A DNA stretch of 61,756 nt from Thermoplasmatales archaeon SW_10_69_26 (GTDB taxonomy: Archaea > Thermoplasmatota > SW-10-69-26): positions 1-61,756 of the forward strand of contig PXUB01000004.1 of the NCBI GenBank assembly GCA_003009755.1, written 5' to 3'. This document shows positions 10,244-18,852 of the stretch, piece by piece (position 1 is the first letter of the stretch; the number at the start of each line of letters is the position of its first letter). A model generated the notes under the pieces. It did no database searches. It was given only the letters and a program-made list of their open reading frames with translations, and had not been told where the DNA came from. The position numbers and the translations under genes were made by a program.

Positions 10244-10579
10244 ATGCACCGCTGGCTGCGCGCCGCGCTCGTGTACGCCCTCGGCATCGGGCTCGTCCTG
10301 TTCGGGGTCGCGGGCCTCGTGTTGCCCTTCCACCCGGGCCTGGTCGTGATCGCGCTCGGGTTGGGCGTCTTGTCCTTGGAGTCCAAGACGGCCCGGCGGG
10401 CTCGCCAGCGGTTCCTCGCCTGGCTGGCCGAGCGCGAGATCGAATCCGAGCGATTCGATCGTTGGCGCTCGCGCATCGAGGCGTGGGCCCCGGAGGACGA
10501 TCCCGCGGACGGTGGGGGCTGCGAGGACGGTGAGGGGCCCGGCGAGGGCGGCGAGCAGGAACGAGAACCGCGGGGCTGA
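10244..10579 (+). CDS. Small membrane protein, PGPGW-family-like
   Basis: [31 protein letters not shown]...ARR pattern. Confidence 0.65.
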   Translation: MHRWLRAALVYALGIGLVLFGVAGLVLPFHPGLVVIALGLGVLSLESKTARRARQRFLAWLAEREIESERFDRWRSRIEAWAPEDDPADGGGCEDGEGPGEGGEQEREPRG

Positions 10580-10619
10580 GCGAGAGGGGAAGACGGGAGA
10601 AGAAAGGGGAAGCGCGCCC

Positions 10620-11099
10620 CTTGCGAGCGCCCGTGCAGACGAGCTTGCCGGAGCCGAAGAGGAGCACGACGACCTTGGGATCGTCCAGCCGGTAAACCAG
10701 GCCAGGGAACTGCTCGGGCTCGTACTCGACGTACTCGAGGCCGAGCCCGATCGCGATCGCGTTGAGGTTCAGGTCGGACTCGAGGTCGGCGGAGGCGACG
10801 ATGTTCTGGACCTGGATGTCCGGCTCGCGGTTGACCTTGACGCCGGCGTCCTCGATGCGCTGGGTGACGATGTTCACCGCGCGCTCGACGTCGTCGACGC
10901 TTTTGGCCCCCGTGCAGACGACCTTCCCGCTGCGGAAGAGGAGGGCCGCGGTCTTGGGATCCTTGAGCCGGCAGACCAGGCCGGGGAACTGCTCGGGCTC
11001 GTACTCGGCGTTGTCGAGCGCGAGCGCGATGCTCTGAAGGTCGAGCTCCGTGTCGAGGGAGGTCGACGCGACAACGTTCTCGATCTTGATCTTCGTCAT
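10620..11099 (-). CDS. tbp: TATA-box binding protein, C-terminally truncated (ORF reads on to 10233)
   Basis: Two TBP repeats ([31 protein letters not shown] and [33 protein letters not shown]); homology stops abruptly after GARK, with no final helix or stop codon. Confidence 0.9.
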
Positions 11100-11120
11100 G
11101 ATGACTCCCGGCAACCCGCG

Positions 11121-11141
11121 TATAAAAAGCTCCTTTTAAAA
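11121..11141 (-). promoter_or_regulatory. Tandem TATA-like boxes upstream of tbp
   Basis: Minus strand reads TTTTAAAAGGAGCTTTTTATA; the proximal box is 22-29 nt from ATG 11099. Confidence 0.65.
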
Positions 11142-11338
11142 GCCTTATGTAGGTGGGCGAGGTCGTCGTTCCCCTGGTGAACCCGTCCCGTGAACGGAGG
11201 TTCGTGAAGACAGGCCGTTGTCTCCCGGACGGGGTGAAACGGCGATCCCTGGTTGCCCTGGACGGTGACACACCGCCTCCGACTCGCCGGTAACAAGCGG
11301 TCTGCATTATACCCTCCCGGGTATCCCGGGGTGCCGAG

Positions 11339-11578
11339 GTGGTGCCCATCGCTGACGACGCCCCGAACCCCGAGTACTTGGATGCGTTCTTGCAAGGAGC
11401 CCGGTTCGCGCTGTTCGCCCTCGAGGGACGGGTGAAGGAGTCCTCGACCTCCTTGTCCCCCGAACTCGCCGACTCGATCGACGAGGTGCACGAGATGGTG
11501 TCCACGACGCGGAAGGGCATCCAGGCACGGGATACGTCCTCGGTCTCGGCGCCTACGCGCTTCCTCGGGAAAAACTAG
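11339..11578 (+). CDS. Small hypothetical protein
   Basis: 79-aa ORF with upstream TTATA box and GAGG; co-oriented with the HD gene. Confidence 0.5.
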   Translation: MVPIADDAPNPEYLDAFLQGARFALFALEGRVKESSTSLSPELADSIDEVHEMVSTTRKGIQARDTSSVSAPTRFLGKN

Positions 11579-11605
11579 AAACAGCCCCGAGCCCTGCTCG
11601 GGGAC

Positions 11606-12847
11606 GTGTCCGGTTCCCGGCCCCGAGCCCGCCAGTTGAGCGCCCAGCGGGACGAGGCCAAGCGCATCAAGGACCCGATCCACGATTTCATCGTGGTCGA
11701 GCCGTACGCGCTGGATCTGCTCGACCAGCCGGCGATGCAGCGGTTGCGCTACGTTCGCCAGACGGGCACGGCCCACCTGGTCTATCCGGGCGCCAACCAC
11801 ACCCGCTTCGAGCACTCGCTGGGCTGCCACCACCTGGCACACGTGGCCGCCGACGCCTTGGATCTCTCGGCCGACCGGACGCGGCTGCTGGGAGCGACGG
11901 CGCTGTTGCACGATCTCGGTCACGGCCCGTTCTCGCACACCTCCGAGCTCGTGACCGAGAGCCGGTCCGGGCGCTCGCACGAGCAGCGGTCGGTGGACAT
12001 CCTGCACGAGCAGTTCACCGAGCCGCTGGAAGCCCACGGGGTCGACCCCGACGAGGTCGAGCAGCTCATCCTGGGCGAGCACAAGCTGAAGGCGTTGGTC
12101 TCCGGGCCCTTGGACGTCGACCGCATCGACTACCTGCTGCGCGATGGGCACTACACGGGCGTGGCGACCAGCGTGGACGCGTTGCGGTTGATGGCCACGG
12201 TCGCGATGCACGAGGACCGCATCGTCACCTCGCGCGACGGGCTGGGCGCGGCCGAGAGCCTGCTGGTCAACCGTTTCGCCATGCACTCGGCGGTGTACTA
12301 CCACCACACCTGCCGCGCCGGCGAGCTGTTGCTCGAGCGCGCGATGCTGGAGTTGGTGGACTCCGGCGAGCTGTCCGTCGACGAGCTGGCGCGCATGGAC
12401 GACTACCAGCTGGTGAGCCTGCTGCGCAAGCACGAGGGCGAGGCCGGTCGCATGGCTCGGCGCGTGCTCGACCGCGAGTTGCCGAAGGTCGCCTTCGAGG
12501 TGCCCTACCGGGCGCTCGACGAGCGCTGGGTCGAGGCGATCACCGGGGACCTCGAGGAGCTTTTGACCCTCGAGGAGCAGGTGGCCGACCACGCCGACGT
12601 CCCGCGCCGCCACGTGCAGGTCGATGCGCCCTCGCCGCCGGGGTTGCCCGAGACCGAGGCCCAGATCGTGGGCCCCGGGGGCGAGACCGAGCCGCTGTCG
12701 CAGGCCTCCACGCTCGTCCGATCGTTGGCCGACGCCTACCGCGATCACTGGCACTTCCGCGTGTACGCCCCTCGGGAAAGCCACGAGTCGGTCGAGGAGG
12801 CCGTGCCGAAGCTCGTGCGGCTGGAGACGCCGCTGGACGAGTTCTAG
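11606..12847 (+). CDS. HD-domain phosphohydrolase (SAMHD1/dGTPase-like)
   Basis: IKDPIH, QRLRYVRQ, HTRFEHSLG, LLHDLGHGPFSH, LDVDRIDYLLRD and VYYHH motifs. Confidence 0.92.
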   Translation: MSGSRPRARQLSAQRDEAKRIKDPIHDFIVVEPYALDLLDQPAMQRLRYVRQTGTAHLVYPGANHTRFEHSLGCHHLAHVAADALDLSADRTRLLGATALLHDLGHGPFSHTSELVTESRSGRSHEQRSVDILHEQFTEPLEAHGVDPDEVEQLILGEHKLKALVSGPLDVDRIDYLLRDGHYTGVATSVDALRLMATVAMHEDRIVTSRDGLGAAESLLVNRFAMHSAVYYHHTCRAGELLLERAMLELVDSGELSVDELARMDDYQLVSLLRKHEGEAGRMARRVLDRELPKVAFEVPYRALDERWVEAITGDLEELLTLEEQVADHADVPRRHVQVDAPSPPGLPETEAQIVGPGGETEPLSQASTLVRSLADAYRDHWHFRVYAPRESHESVEEAVPKLVRLETPLDEF

Positions 12848-12889
12848 GGACCCGATCCCGCGCCGGGTCGGCGCGCCCGAGCCGGCAGC

Positions 12890-13763
12890 TTACGCGCGGC
12901 CGGCGGCGATGAGGTGGTCGGCCAGGCGGTCGCTGATGGGGTACCCGGTCTCGTCCTCGAAGACGGCGAACATGGGGGAGGGGTTGCACTCGAGGAACCA
13001 GGGGTCGCCCTCCTCGTCGAGGATGAGGTCCAGGCCCGTGTAGGTCATCTGGGAGGCCTCCCTCGCCGTCCGGCAGAGCTCTTCGACGTCGTCGGCGAGC
13101 TCGACGGGTTCGACCTCGGTCTCGGCGGCGCGGTAGTCGACGCGTTCGTCGGGGTCGAAGCGGAAGCGACCGGCCGCGATCGTGTCGTCGATGACGAACA
13201 CGCGGTGGTGGTCGCCGTCGACGAGCCGCTGCAGGAACACGGGCTCGGTGTCGAAGGCCTCGCGTCGTTCGCGGACGACCTCGGGCGTGACCTCGAGCAC
13301 GTGGCGGCGGCCGCCGCGGGGCTTGTAGACGACGCGGTCGTGCTGCTCGGCGAACGCGATGGCGTCCTCGGGGTCGGTGGTGACCTGGAAGGCGGGAACC
13401 GGGACGCCGGCGTCCTCCATGCGAGCCAGCTGGTAGCTTTTGCGAAGGTGGTCGTAGACGGAGCGGGGTGGGTTGACGACGGTCGACGCCTCGGCCAGGA
13501 TCTCGAGGATCGAGCCGATCGTGATCGCTTTCTCGGTCTCGGCGGCGTGCCAGGAGCGGTAGCGGTCGTAGAAGGCATCCCACTGCTCGGGCGTGGGTTC
13601 GTCGGGTAGGATGGGGTCCCACAGGCCCAGCCGGCGGGCGTACCAGGCGGCCACGTCGTCGACGGGTTCGCCGTCGATCTGCAACGAGGGGGTCTCGTCG
13701 ACGGCCAGCGTCACGGACAGCTCGCTGGGATCCTGGGTGGGGACCGATGAGACCGATGCGCAA
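12890..13763 (-). CDS. ATP-grasp ligase, RimK/graspetide-synthetase-like; frameshifted near 13740
   Basis: AWYARR, VVNPP...KSYQL, GVPVP..TTDP, VVYKPRGG, PVFLQRLVDG, RVFVI, VDYR, YTGLDLI and FLECNPSPMF motifs; the natural-looking start TTG-MRIGLIGP (13763) is in a different frame from the body. Confidence 0.85.
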
Positions 13764-13780
13764 GGGATCAACTCGGGAAC

Positions 13781-13827
13781 GGGAGAGAGGAGAAGAAAGA
13801 AGAGACGAGAGCTCGCGAGGGCGAGCT
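13781..13827 (-). terminator. Hairpin plus pyrimidine tract between the precursor and ligase genes
   Basis: Perfect 7-bp stem AGCTCGC-N4-GCGAGCT (13810-13827) followed on the minus strand by CTCGTCTCTTCTTTCTTCTTCTCC. Confidence 0.55.
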
Positions 13828-13922
13828 TAGAAGGGGCACTCCTCGCCGAGGGCTTGCGTCGTCTGCCTGGGCTCGGGCTCGGGCGGTTCGCTGTCGTTGA
13901 CGGGTTCGAAGAGCTCACTCAT
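13827..13922 (-). CDS. Putative graspetide (omega-ester RiPP) precursor peptide, 31 aa: MSELFEPVNDSEPPEPEPRQTTQALGEECPF
   Basis: Translated by hand (absent from the ORF track); ATG 13922, TAA 13827-13829; GGAGA RBS and TTATAT box (13959-13964) upstream; TTxxxxEE core; directly upstream of the ATP-grasp gene. Confidence 0.8.
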   Translation of the reverse strand: MSELFEPVNDSEPPEPEPRQTTQALGEECPF

Positions 13923-14045
13923 GTGTGGTTCTCCCGTGGCTGGCTATCGCGTTCGTCGATATAATGGTTGCGATGGACGGGCTCGGACGGCTGGGGTCGA
14001 CGTCGATCGGTTCGCCCGGCGGCGTGACGGGGAAGCGGGCCCGGT

Positions 14046-14396
14046 CTACAGCGTGTCCTCGACATCGAAGTCGAGGGTATCCCACTCGTCGGTCTCGGCT
14101 TTGATGCCGATCTGGTGCGCCCCGTCCTCGATCTCGTCGTCGGAGACGACCCGCACCTCGACTCCCTTGTCGAGGTCGAAGGGGCTGTCCTCGGTGATGT
14201 CCTCGGCGGGGATCGGATCTCCGTCGAGCTCGAAGGCGATGTCGACGGGGGTCCCGTCGATCTGGACCTCGGGCGGGGCCACGATCGTGGCCGTCGCCAG
14301 GTTGTTCTTGAGCTTGAAGGCGAACCCGCCTTCCTCGCGTGCCTCGAGGCTGTCGTCGACGTAGAGCTTCTTCAGCATGAACGACGGGACGCGCAC
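14046..14396 (-). CDS. Conserved-looking small beta-rich hypothetical protein
   Basis: VPSFMLKKLYVDDSL..GFAFKLKNNLATATI; acidic composition; GTG start inferred. Confidence 0.7.
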   Translation of the reverse strand: MRVPSFMLKKLYVDDSLEAREEGGFAFKLKNNLATATIVAPPEVQIDGTPVDIAFELDGDPIPAEDITEDSPFDLDKGVEVRVVSDDEIEDGAHQIGIKAETDEWDTLDFDVEDTL

Positions 14397-14437
14397 GATA
14401 GCACCGACCCCCCAGAGGGGGTCCGCCCGGTAAGAAC

Positions 14438-14827
14438 CTATCCTTGGTCGTCGGGCGGGCTGAGCTCGTCGGGCGGCGAGATGTGGGCCTCGACGAACGC
14501 TGTGAGTTCGGCCAGCGCCTCCACGAGGTCGTCCTCGTCCGTGCCGAGCTCGGCGTTGGCGATCGCGGTGAAGCGCTCGCGCTTGGCCGGGTCGATCCCG
14601 GTGTCGGTCTCGTCGGCCACGCGCAGGATGCTTTTGGCGGCGGTCGCGGCGAGCAGCTTGGTCGGGCGACCCAGGTCGCTGTCGAGCGTGACGCGGGCGC
14701 CGTGCAGGTACTCGAAGGGCCGCTCGAAAGGCCCGGCGTCGGGGACGACGTCCCGGTCGGGGACCATGTCCTCCTCGATCTCGGGCCAGTCGGCGTCGTC
14801 GGGGACGTCGGCTATGCGGTCCGCCAT
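14438..14827 (-). CDS. Hypothetical protein overlapping the end of cysS
   Basis: 129-aa acidic ORF with GGAGG upstream of its ATG. Confidence 0.6.
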   Translation of the reverse strand: MADRIADVPDDADWPEIEEDMVPDRDVVPDAGPFERPFEYLHGARVTLDSDLGRPTKLLAATAAKSILRVADETDTGIDPAKRERFTAIANAELGTDEDDLVEALAELTAFVEAHISPPDELSPPDDQG

Positions 14828-16216
14828 CGGGGTCCCTCCTCGGTGTCCTCGACCTCGATGTCCATCTCGGCGAGCTCGTCGCGGACCTCGTCGGCGATCT
14901 CGTAGACCTCGTGGTCGCGTGCCATCTCGCGGACCTCCAACAGCAGATCCAGCAGCTCGGGCTCGCGGCCGCCGGGGCCCTCCTCCGCGGGCACGACGGC
15001 GAACACGTCGTCCAGCAGCTCGTAGAAACCCTCGACGGCGTCGGTGACATCCGGGTGGGGCGTCGTCTCGTCGAGGTAGGTGTTGAGTTCACGCACGAGC
15101 TCGTGAGCGTGCGCCAGGGCGCCGGGCGTGTCGAAGTCGTCGTTCATGGACGCACGGACGCCCTCGCGGGCGTCCTCGATCGCGCCGAGCAGCTGCTCGT
15201 CACGGTCCGCGCGCCCGTCGTCTCGGGTTGGGGTGTCCTGGAAGCGTTGCAGCGGGCCGACGAGCCGGTCGAGGCTGCGTTCGGCCTCCTCGAGGGCCTT
15301 CCAGGAGAAGTCGATCGGGGAGCGGTAGTGGGTCTGCGCGACGAGCAGGCGGACGGCTTCGGCCCGGTGCTCGTCGAGGACCTCCTCGGCGGTGACGAAG
15401 TTGCCCAGGCTCTTGGACATCTTCTCGTCCCCGACGGTCACGAAGCCGGTGTGCATCCAGTACTTGCAGAAGGGCGTCTCGCCGGTGGCGGCCTCGGATT
15501 GCGCGATCTCGTTCTCGTGGTGGGGGAACTCGAGGTCCTGGCCGCCGCCGTGGATGTCGATGCGGGGGCCCAGGATCGAGGTGGCCATCACGCTGCACTC
15601 GATGTGCCAGCCGGGTCGTCCCTCGCCCCAAGGGCTGTCCCAGGAGGGCTCACCGGGCTTGGCCTTCTTCCACAGCGCGAAGTCGCGGGGGTCGTCCTTG
15701 CCTTCGCCCTCGACGTCGCGGTGCTCCTCGAGGAGGGCCTCGGGGTCCATGTTCGACAGCTTGCCGTAGTCGTCGAAGCTGTCGACGTCGAAGTACAGGT
15801 TGCCCTCGGCCTCGTAGGCGTGCCCGTTGTCCTGGATGGCCCGGTTGGTGTCGATGACGTGCCGGATGTGGTCGGAGACCTTGGGCCAGTGGTGGGCGCG
15901 CTCGAGCCTCGTCGAACAGGGCCTCGGCCTTCGCGTGCTCGCGGAGGGCGACCTCGAGCGGGTCCTCGCCGGTCTCCTCGGCGTAGTCGATGATCTTGTC
16001 CTCGACGTCGGTGATGTTCTGGACGTGGATGACGTCGTAGCCCTCGTGCTCGAGCCAGCGGCGCACGATGTCGAACGCGATGTAGGTGCGCGCGTGCCCG
16101 GCGTGGATGTCCGTGTAGGGGGTGAGCCCGCAGACGTACAGGCGAACCTTGTCCTCCGCGAGAGGCTCGAAGGTCTCCTCCTCCCCCGTCAGGCTGTTCG
16201 AGATGCGCAAAGGCAT
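14812..16216 (-). CDS. cysS: Cysteine--tRNA ligase with a frameshift at ~15907
   Basis: YVCGLTPY, HAGHAR (HIGH-like), NITDVEDKII, DFALWK, GRPGWHIECS, DIHGGGQDLEFPHHENE and KMSKSLGN motifs; the frame changes at LFDE-g-LERAHH. Confidence 0.95.
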
Positions 16217-16361
16217 CGCGTGGGAGCAAGGCGCGCTGGTTGAAAAGCCTCCCGGCGGGGGCAGCCTCGTGTGCTGGTCGCGGCGGGTTCTCGATCGCCC
16301 TCGCGGGCCCTCGGGCCCTGGCGGTCCCCGAACCCTTCATGCGGGAGGCGGCTTCGTGGGT

Positions 16362-16673
16362 GTGGCCGAGCATCGCTGGCAGATCGAGTGCACGATGACG
16401 CCCGACGAGGCCGAGCGCGAGCTGGTCGACACGGTCGAGGGCCTCGTCGACGAGGCCGAGGTCATCGAGCACATCGAGACGGTCGGGTTCTTCGGGTGGA
16501 CGCTGCGGATGCCGGATGGGCGCGCCGTGGGCCTCTCGGTGCCCCAGCCGGGTGGCCCGGACAAGCTGGTCGTCCGCAGCGAGCACGAGGAACTGGGCGA
16601 GCGCGTGGCCAAGCGGCTGACGGGCTCGGGCCCGCTGGAGGGCCGCTCGGTGTCTCACGTCGATCGCGGCTGA
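16362..16673 (+). CDS. Hypothetical protein
   Basis: Acidic C-terminal part of the 16122-16673 ORF; GGAGG upstream of the inferred GTG. Confidence 0.55.
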   Translation: MAEHRWQIECTMTPDEAERELVDTVEGLVDEAEVIEHIETVGFFGWTLRMPDGRAVGLSVPQPGGPDKLVVRSEHEELGERVAKRLTGSGPLEGRSVSHVDRG

Positions 16674-16724
16674 GCCCGGCCCAGGGTCTTTCGGGGCCGG
16701 CGGTGCTGTCCGTCGAGAACAGCG

Positions 16725-17165
16725 ATGCAGATCGACGAGATCGAGACGGTGCTCGACGGGATCGTGCACGGCGAGACGCAGCGCGGCGACGACGAGTACG
16801 AGTTGACGGTCGCCGGGATCCATCGCCTCCACGAGCCCGGTCACATCGACTTCGGGGGCGGGGAGACGACCGAGCCGGAGACCGAGCCGCTGGACACCAA
16901 GAAGCGCCACGCCGAGGACGAGTACGGCTGGTGGAACCTCGAGCCGGGCACCTACCTCCTCGCGTACAACGAGACGCTGGACCTGCCGGACGCCTCGCTC
17001 GTGCTGCAGCCGCGGCCGGCGCTGGCCGAGATGGGCGTCTCCCACCCGACGATGATCGTCGACTCGCTGCCGCGCGTGCCGCTGGCCGTGCCGCCGGCGG
17101 GCGCCCGCATCAAGGAGAACGCCCGCGTCAGCCGCCTGGTCCCGGTGACCGAGGGCCGACGGTAA
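16725..17165 (+). CDS. dCTP deaminase / dUTPase-family protein
   Basis: ELTV, IDFGGGE, WWNLEPGTYL..YNE, LQPR and RIKENARVS motifs. Confidence 0.8.
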   Translation: MQIDEIETVLDGIVHGETQRGDDEYELTVAGIHRLHEPGHIDFGGGETTEPETEPLDTKKRHAEDEYGWWNLEPGTYLLAYNETLDLPDASLVLQPRPALAEMGVSHPTMIVDSLPRVPLAVPPAGARIKENARVSRLVPVTEGRR

Positions 17166-17272
17166 CCGGCCCAGCTCGCGGGGGCTGGCACAGCACCGCG
17201 TCCCCGGTCGACGATTCGAGGGTCTGGCATCCGCTGACCGCGGGCTCGACACCGAAGATCGAGCGATCCGCC

Positions 17273-18739
17273 TCAGCCTGAGGCCCCGCTCGCGGCCACG
17301 CGACCGGCGCGGGCGTCGCCGGTCGCGGTGAGGGCCAGGCACGTCGGGTGGATGGCGACCTCGCCGTTCCCGACGCGGGACTCGCAGGCGGTGGCGTCGC
17401 CGGTCGTCGCGCCCCCGGTCCCGCCGACCGCGACGTGGGTGCACTCGGCGTCGCCGCCGAGGTGCGCGCACGGCGGGTCGAAGGGGTCCGAGGTCTCGCT
17501 GTCGAGGGCCTCGGTGCTGGTGGGGACGTAGGCGGGTCGACCGCTCAGGGCGGCGACGGGGTCGACCATGCCGTGGCCGTAGGCTTCGTCGTGGCCGTCG
17601 TCGCCGAGGTCGCGGGCGGTCTCGTTGAGGCGGTCGCGGACGTCGGCAGGCGTCATCGAGGGGTCCTGATCGAGCAGCATGGCACCGGTGGCGGTCACGT
17701 GCGGGGCGGCCATGCTCGTCCCGGAGTAGAAGCCGTAGGCGCCGGGCAGGGTGGAGAGCACGAGGCTGCCGGGCGCGGCGAGCTCGACCTGGGGTCCCCG
17801 GCAGCTGTAGTCGGCCGCCTGCAACGCAGGGTCGGTGGCGGCGACGGCGAGGGCTTCCGCGTGGATCGCAGGGTGTCGCACGCACTCGCTGGGATCGGAC
17901 TGTTGCGCGTTGCCGGCGGAGACGACGACGAGCACGCCGGCCTCCCAGGCCTGCCGGATCGCTTCGTGGAGCGGCTCCCAGTGGATGGTGCAGTGGCCGC
18001 TGAGGTTGATGACGTCGGCGCCGGCGTCGACGCTGTCGACGATGGCAGAGGCCATGTCGCTGCAGAACCCGCCGTCGGGACCGAACACGCGCGTGACGAA
18101 GAGGTCGGCCATCGTCATGCCGGCGACGCCGCGGTCGTTGTCGCGGATCGCCGAGGCGATCCCGGTCACGTGGGAGCCGTGGCCGGTCGTGTCCACGGGG
18201 TTGTCGTCGCCGTCGATGTAGTCGTGGCCCATCGTGACCCGGTCGGTGGGGAGGTCGGGATGCTGGATCGCGATGCCGCTGTCGACGACGGCGATCGTCG
18301 GCGAAACGTCGGGTCCGGCGATCGCCCAGGCTTGCGGGGCGTTGAGCTCGAGGGGACCCCACTGGGCGCCGAGGTAGGCGTCCAGCGGCACCTCGGCCGT
18401 CGGCGTGCGCGCGGCCGGCTGGCCCCGGGGATCGGGCGAGGGGGCCTGACCCGCCTCGGTCTCGAAAGCCTCGGGGTCCTCGAGCGCGAGCACGGCGAAC
18501 CCGAGGTGGGCGTCGGTGCGGACGAGGTGCCCGCCGGCGGCCTCGAGGCCCTTACGGAGCTCGGCGTCGGTCAACGCGTCGGTGTCGACGGTGTAGCGGT
18601 CCTCGGGAGCCGGGTCCGAGCCGGGATCGGTCTCGAGCCCGAGCCCTCCGCTAGCGACGGCCACGATCGCGACGACTGCGACGAGCAGCCATCCCATCGA
18701 CGGAGCTGTGCCTCCCGTTCGTTCGAGGTCGGCCTCCAC
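17273..18739 (-). CDS. Secreted subtilisin-like serine protease (S8)
   Basis: Signal peptide; catalytic motifs AVVDSG, GHGSHVTG, VSAGN and SGTSMAAPHV. Confidence 0.93.
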   Translation of the reverse strand: MEADLERTGGTAPSMGWLLVAVVAIVAVASGGLGLETDPGSDPAPEDRYTVDTDALTDAELRKGLEAAGGHLVRTDAHLGFAVLALEDPEAFETEAGQAPSPDPRGQPAARTPTAEVPLDAYLGAQWGPLELNAPQAWAIAGPDVSPTIAVVDSGIAIQHPDLPTDRVTMGHDYIDGDDNPVDTTGHGSHVTGIASAIRDNDRGVAGMTMADLFVTRVFGPDGGFCSDMASAIVDSVDAGADVINLSGHCTIHWEPLHEAIRQAWEAGVLVVVSAGNAQQSDPSECVRHPAIHAEALAVAATDPALQAADYSCRGPQVELAAPGSLVLSTLPGAYGFYSGTSMAAPHVTATGAMLLDQDPSMTPADVRDRLNETARDLGDDGHDEAYGHGMVDPVAALSGRPAYVPTSTEALDSETSDPFDPPCAHLGGDAECTHVAVGGTGGATTGDATACESRVGNGEVAIHPTCLALTATGDARAGRVAASGASG

Positions 18740-18852
18740 CGTGCCACCAGCCCGCGAAGACCTGCGTGGAGGGAAAAAGCTGTCCCCCGCACCGACGGGG
18801 GCCCCAGGCCCCGGGGCCAGCTGTTAAGAGGAACCTGGGGCTACGGGCAGGC

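Noticed and set aside
11606-12847. HD protein as an antiviral dNTPase or part of the RiPP cluster
   Set aside because: Convergent with the ligase gene, belongs to a widespread archaeal family, and has no defence-gene context
12890-13918. The 342-aa ORF-track start for the ATP-grasp gene (13918)
   Set aside because: Its first ~55 residues are low-complexity translation of the precursor gene and the terminator-like tract in another frame
14046-14827. Two hypothetical genes upstream of the precursor as RiPP accessory genes
   Set aside because: They lie downstream of cysS, the precursor has its own promoter-like box, and they show no recognisable RiPP-related domains; not excluded but unsupported
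15907-15907. Programmed ribosomal frameshift in cysS
   Set aside because: No slippery heptamer, and residues appear to be missing, which fits a deletion or error better
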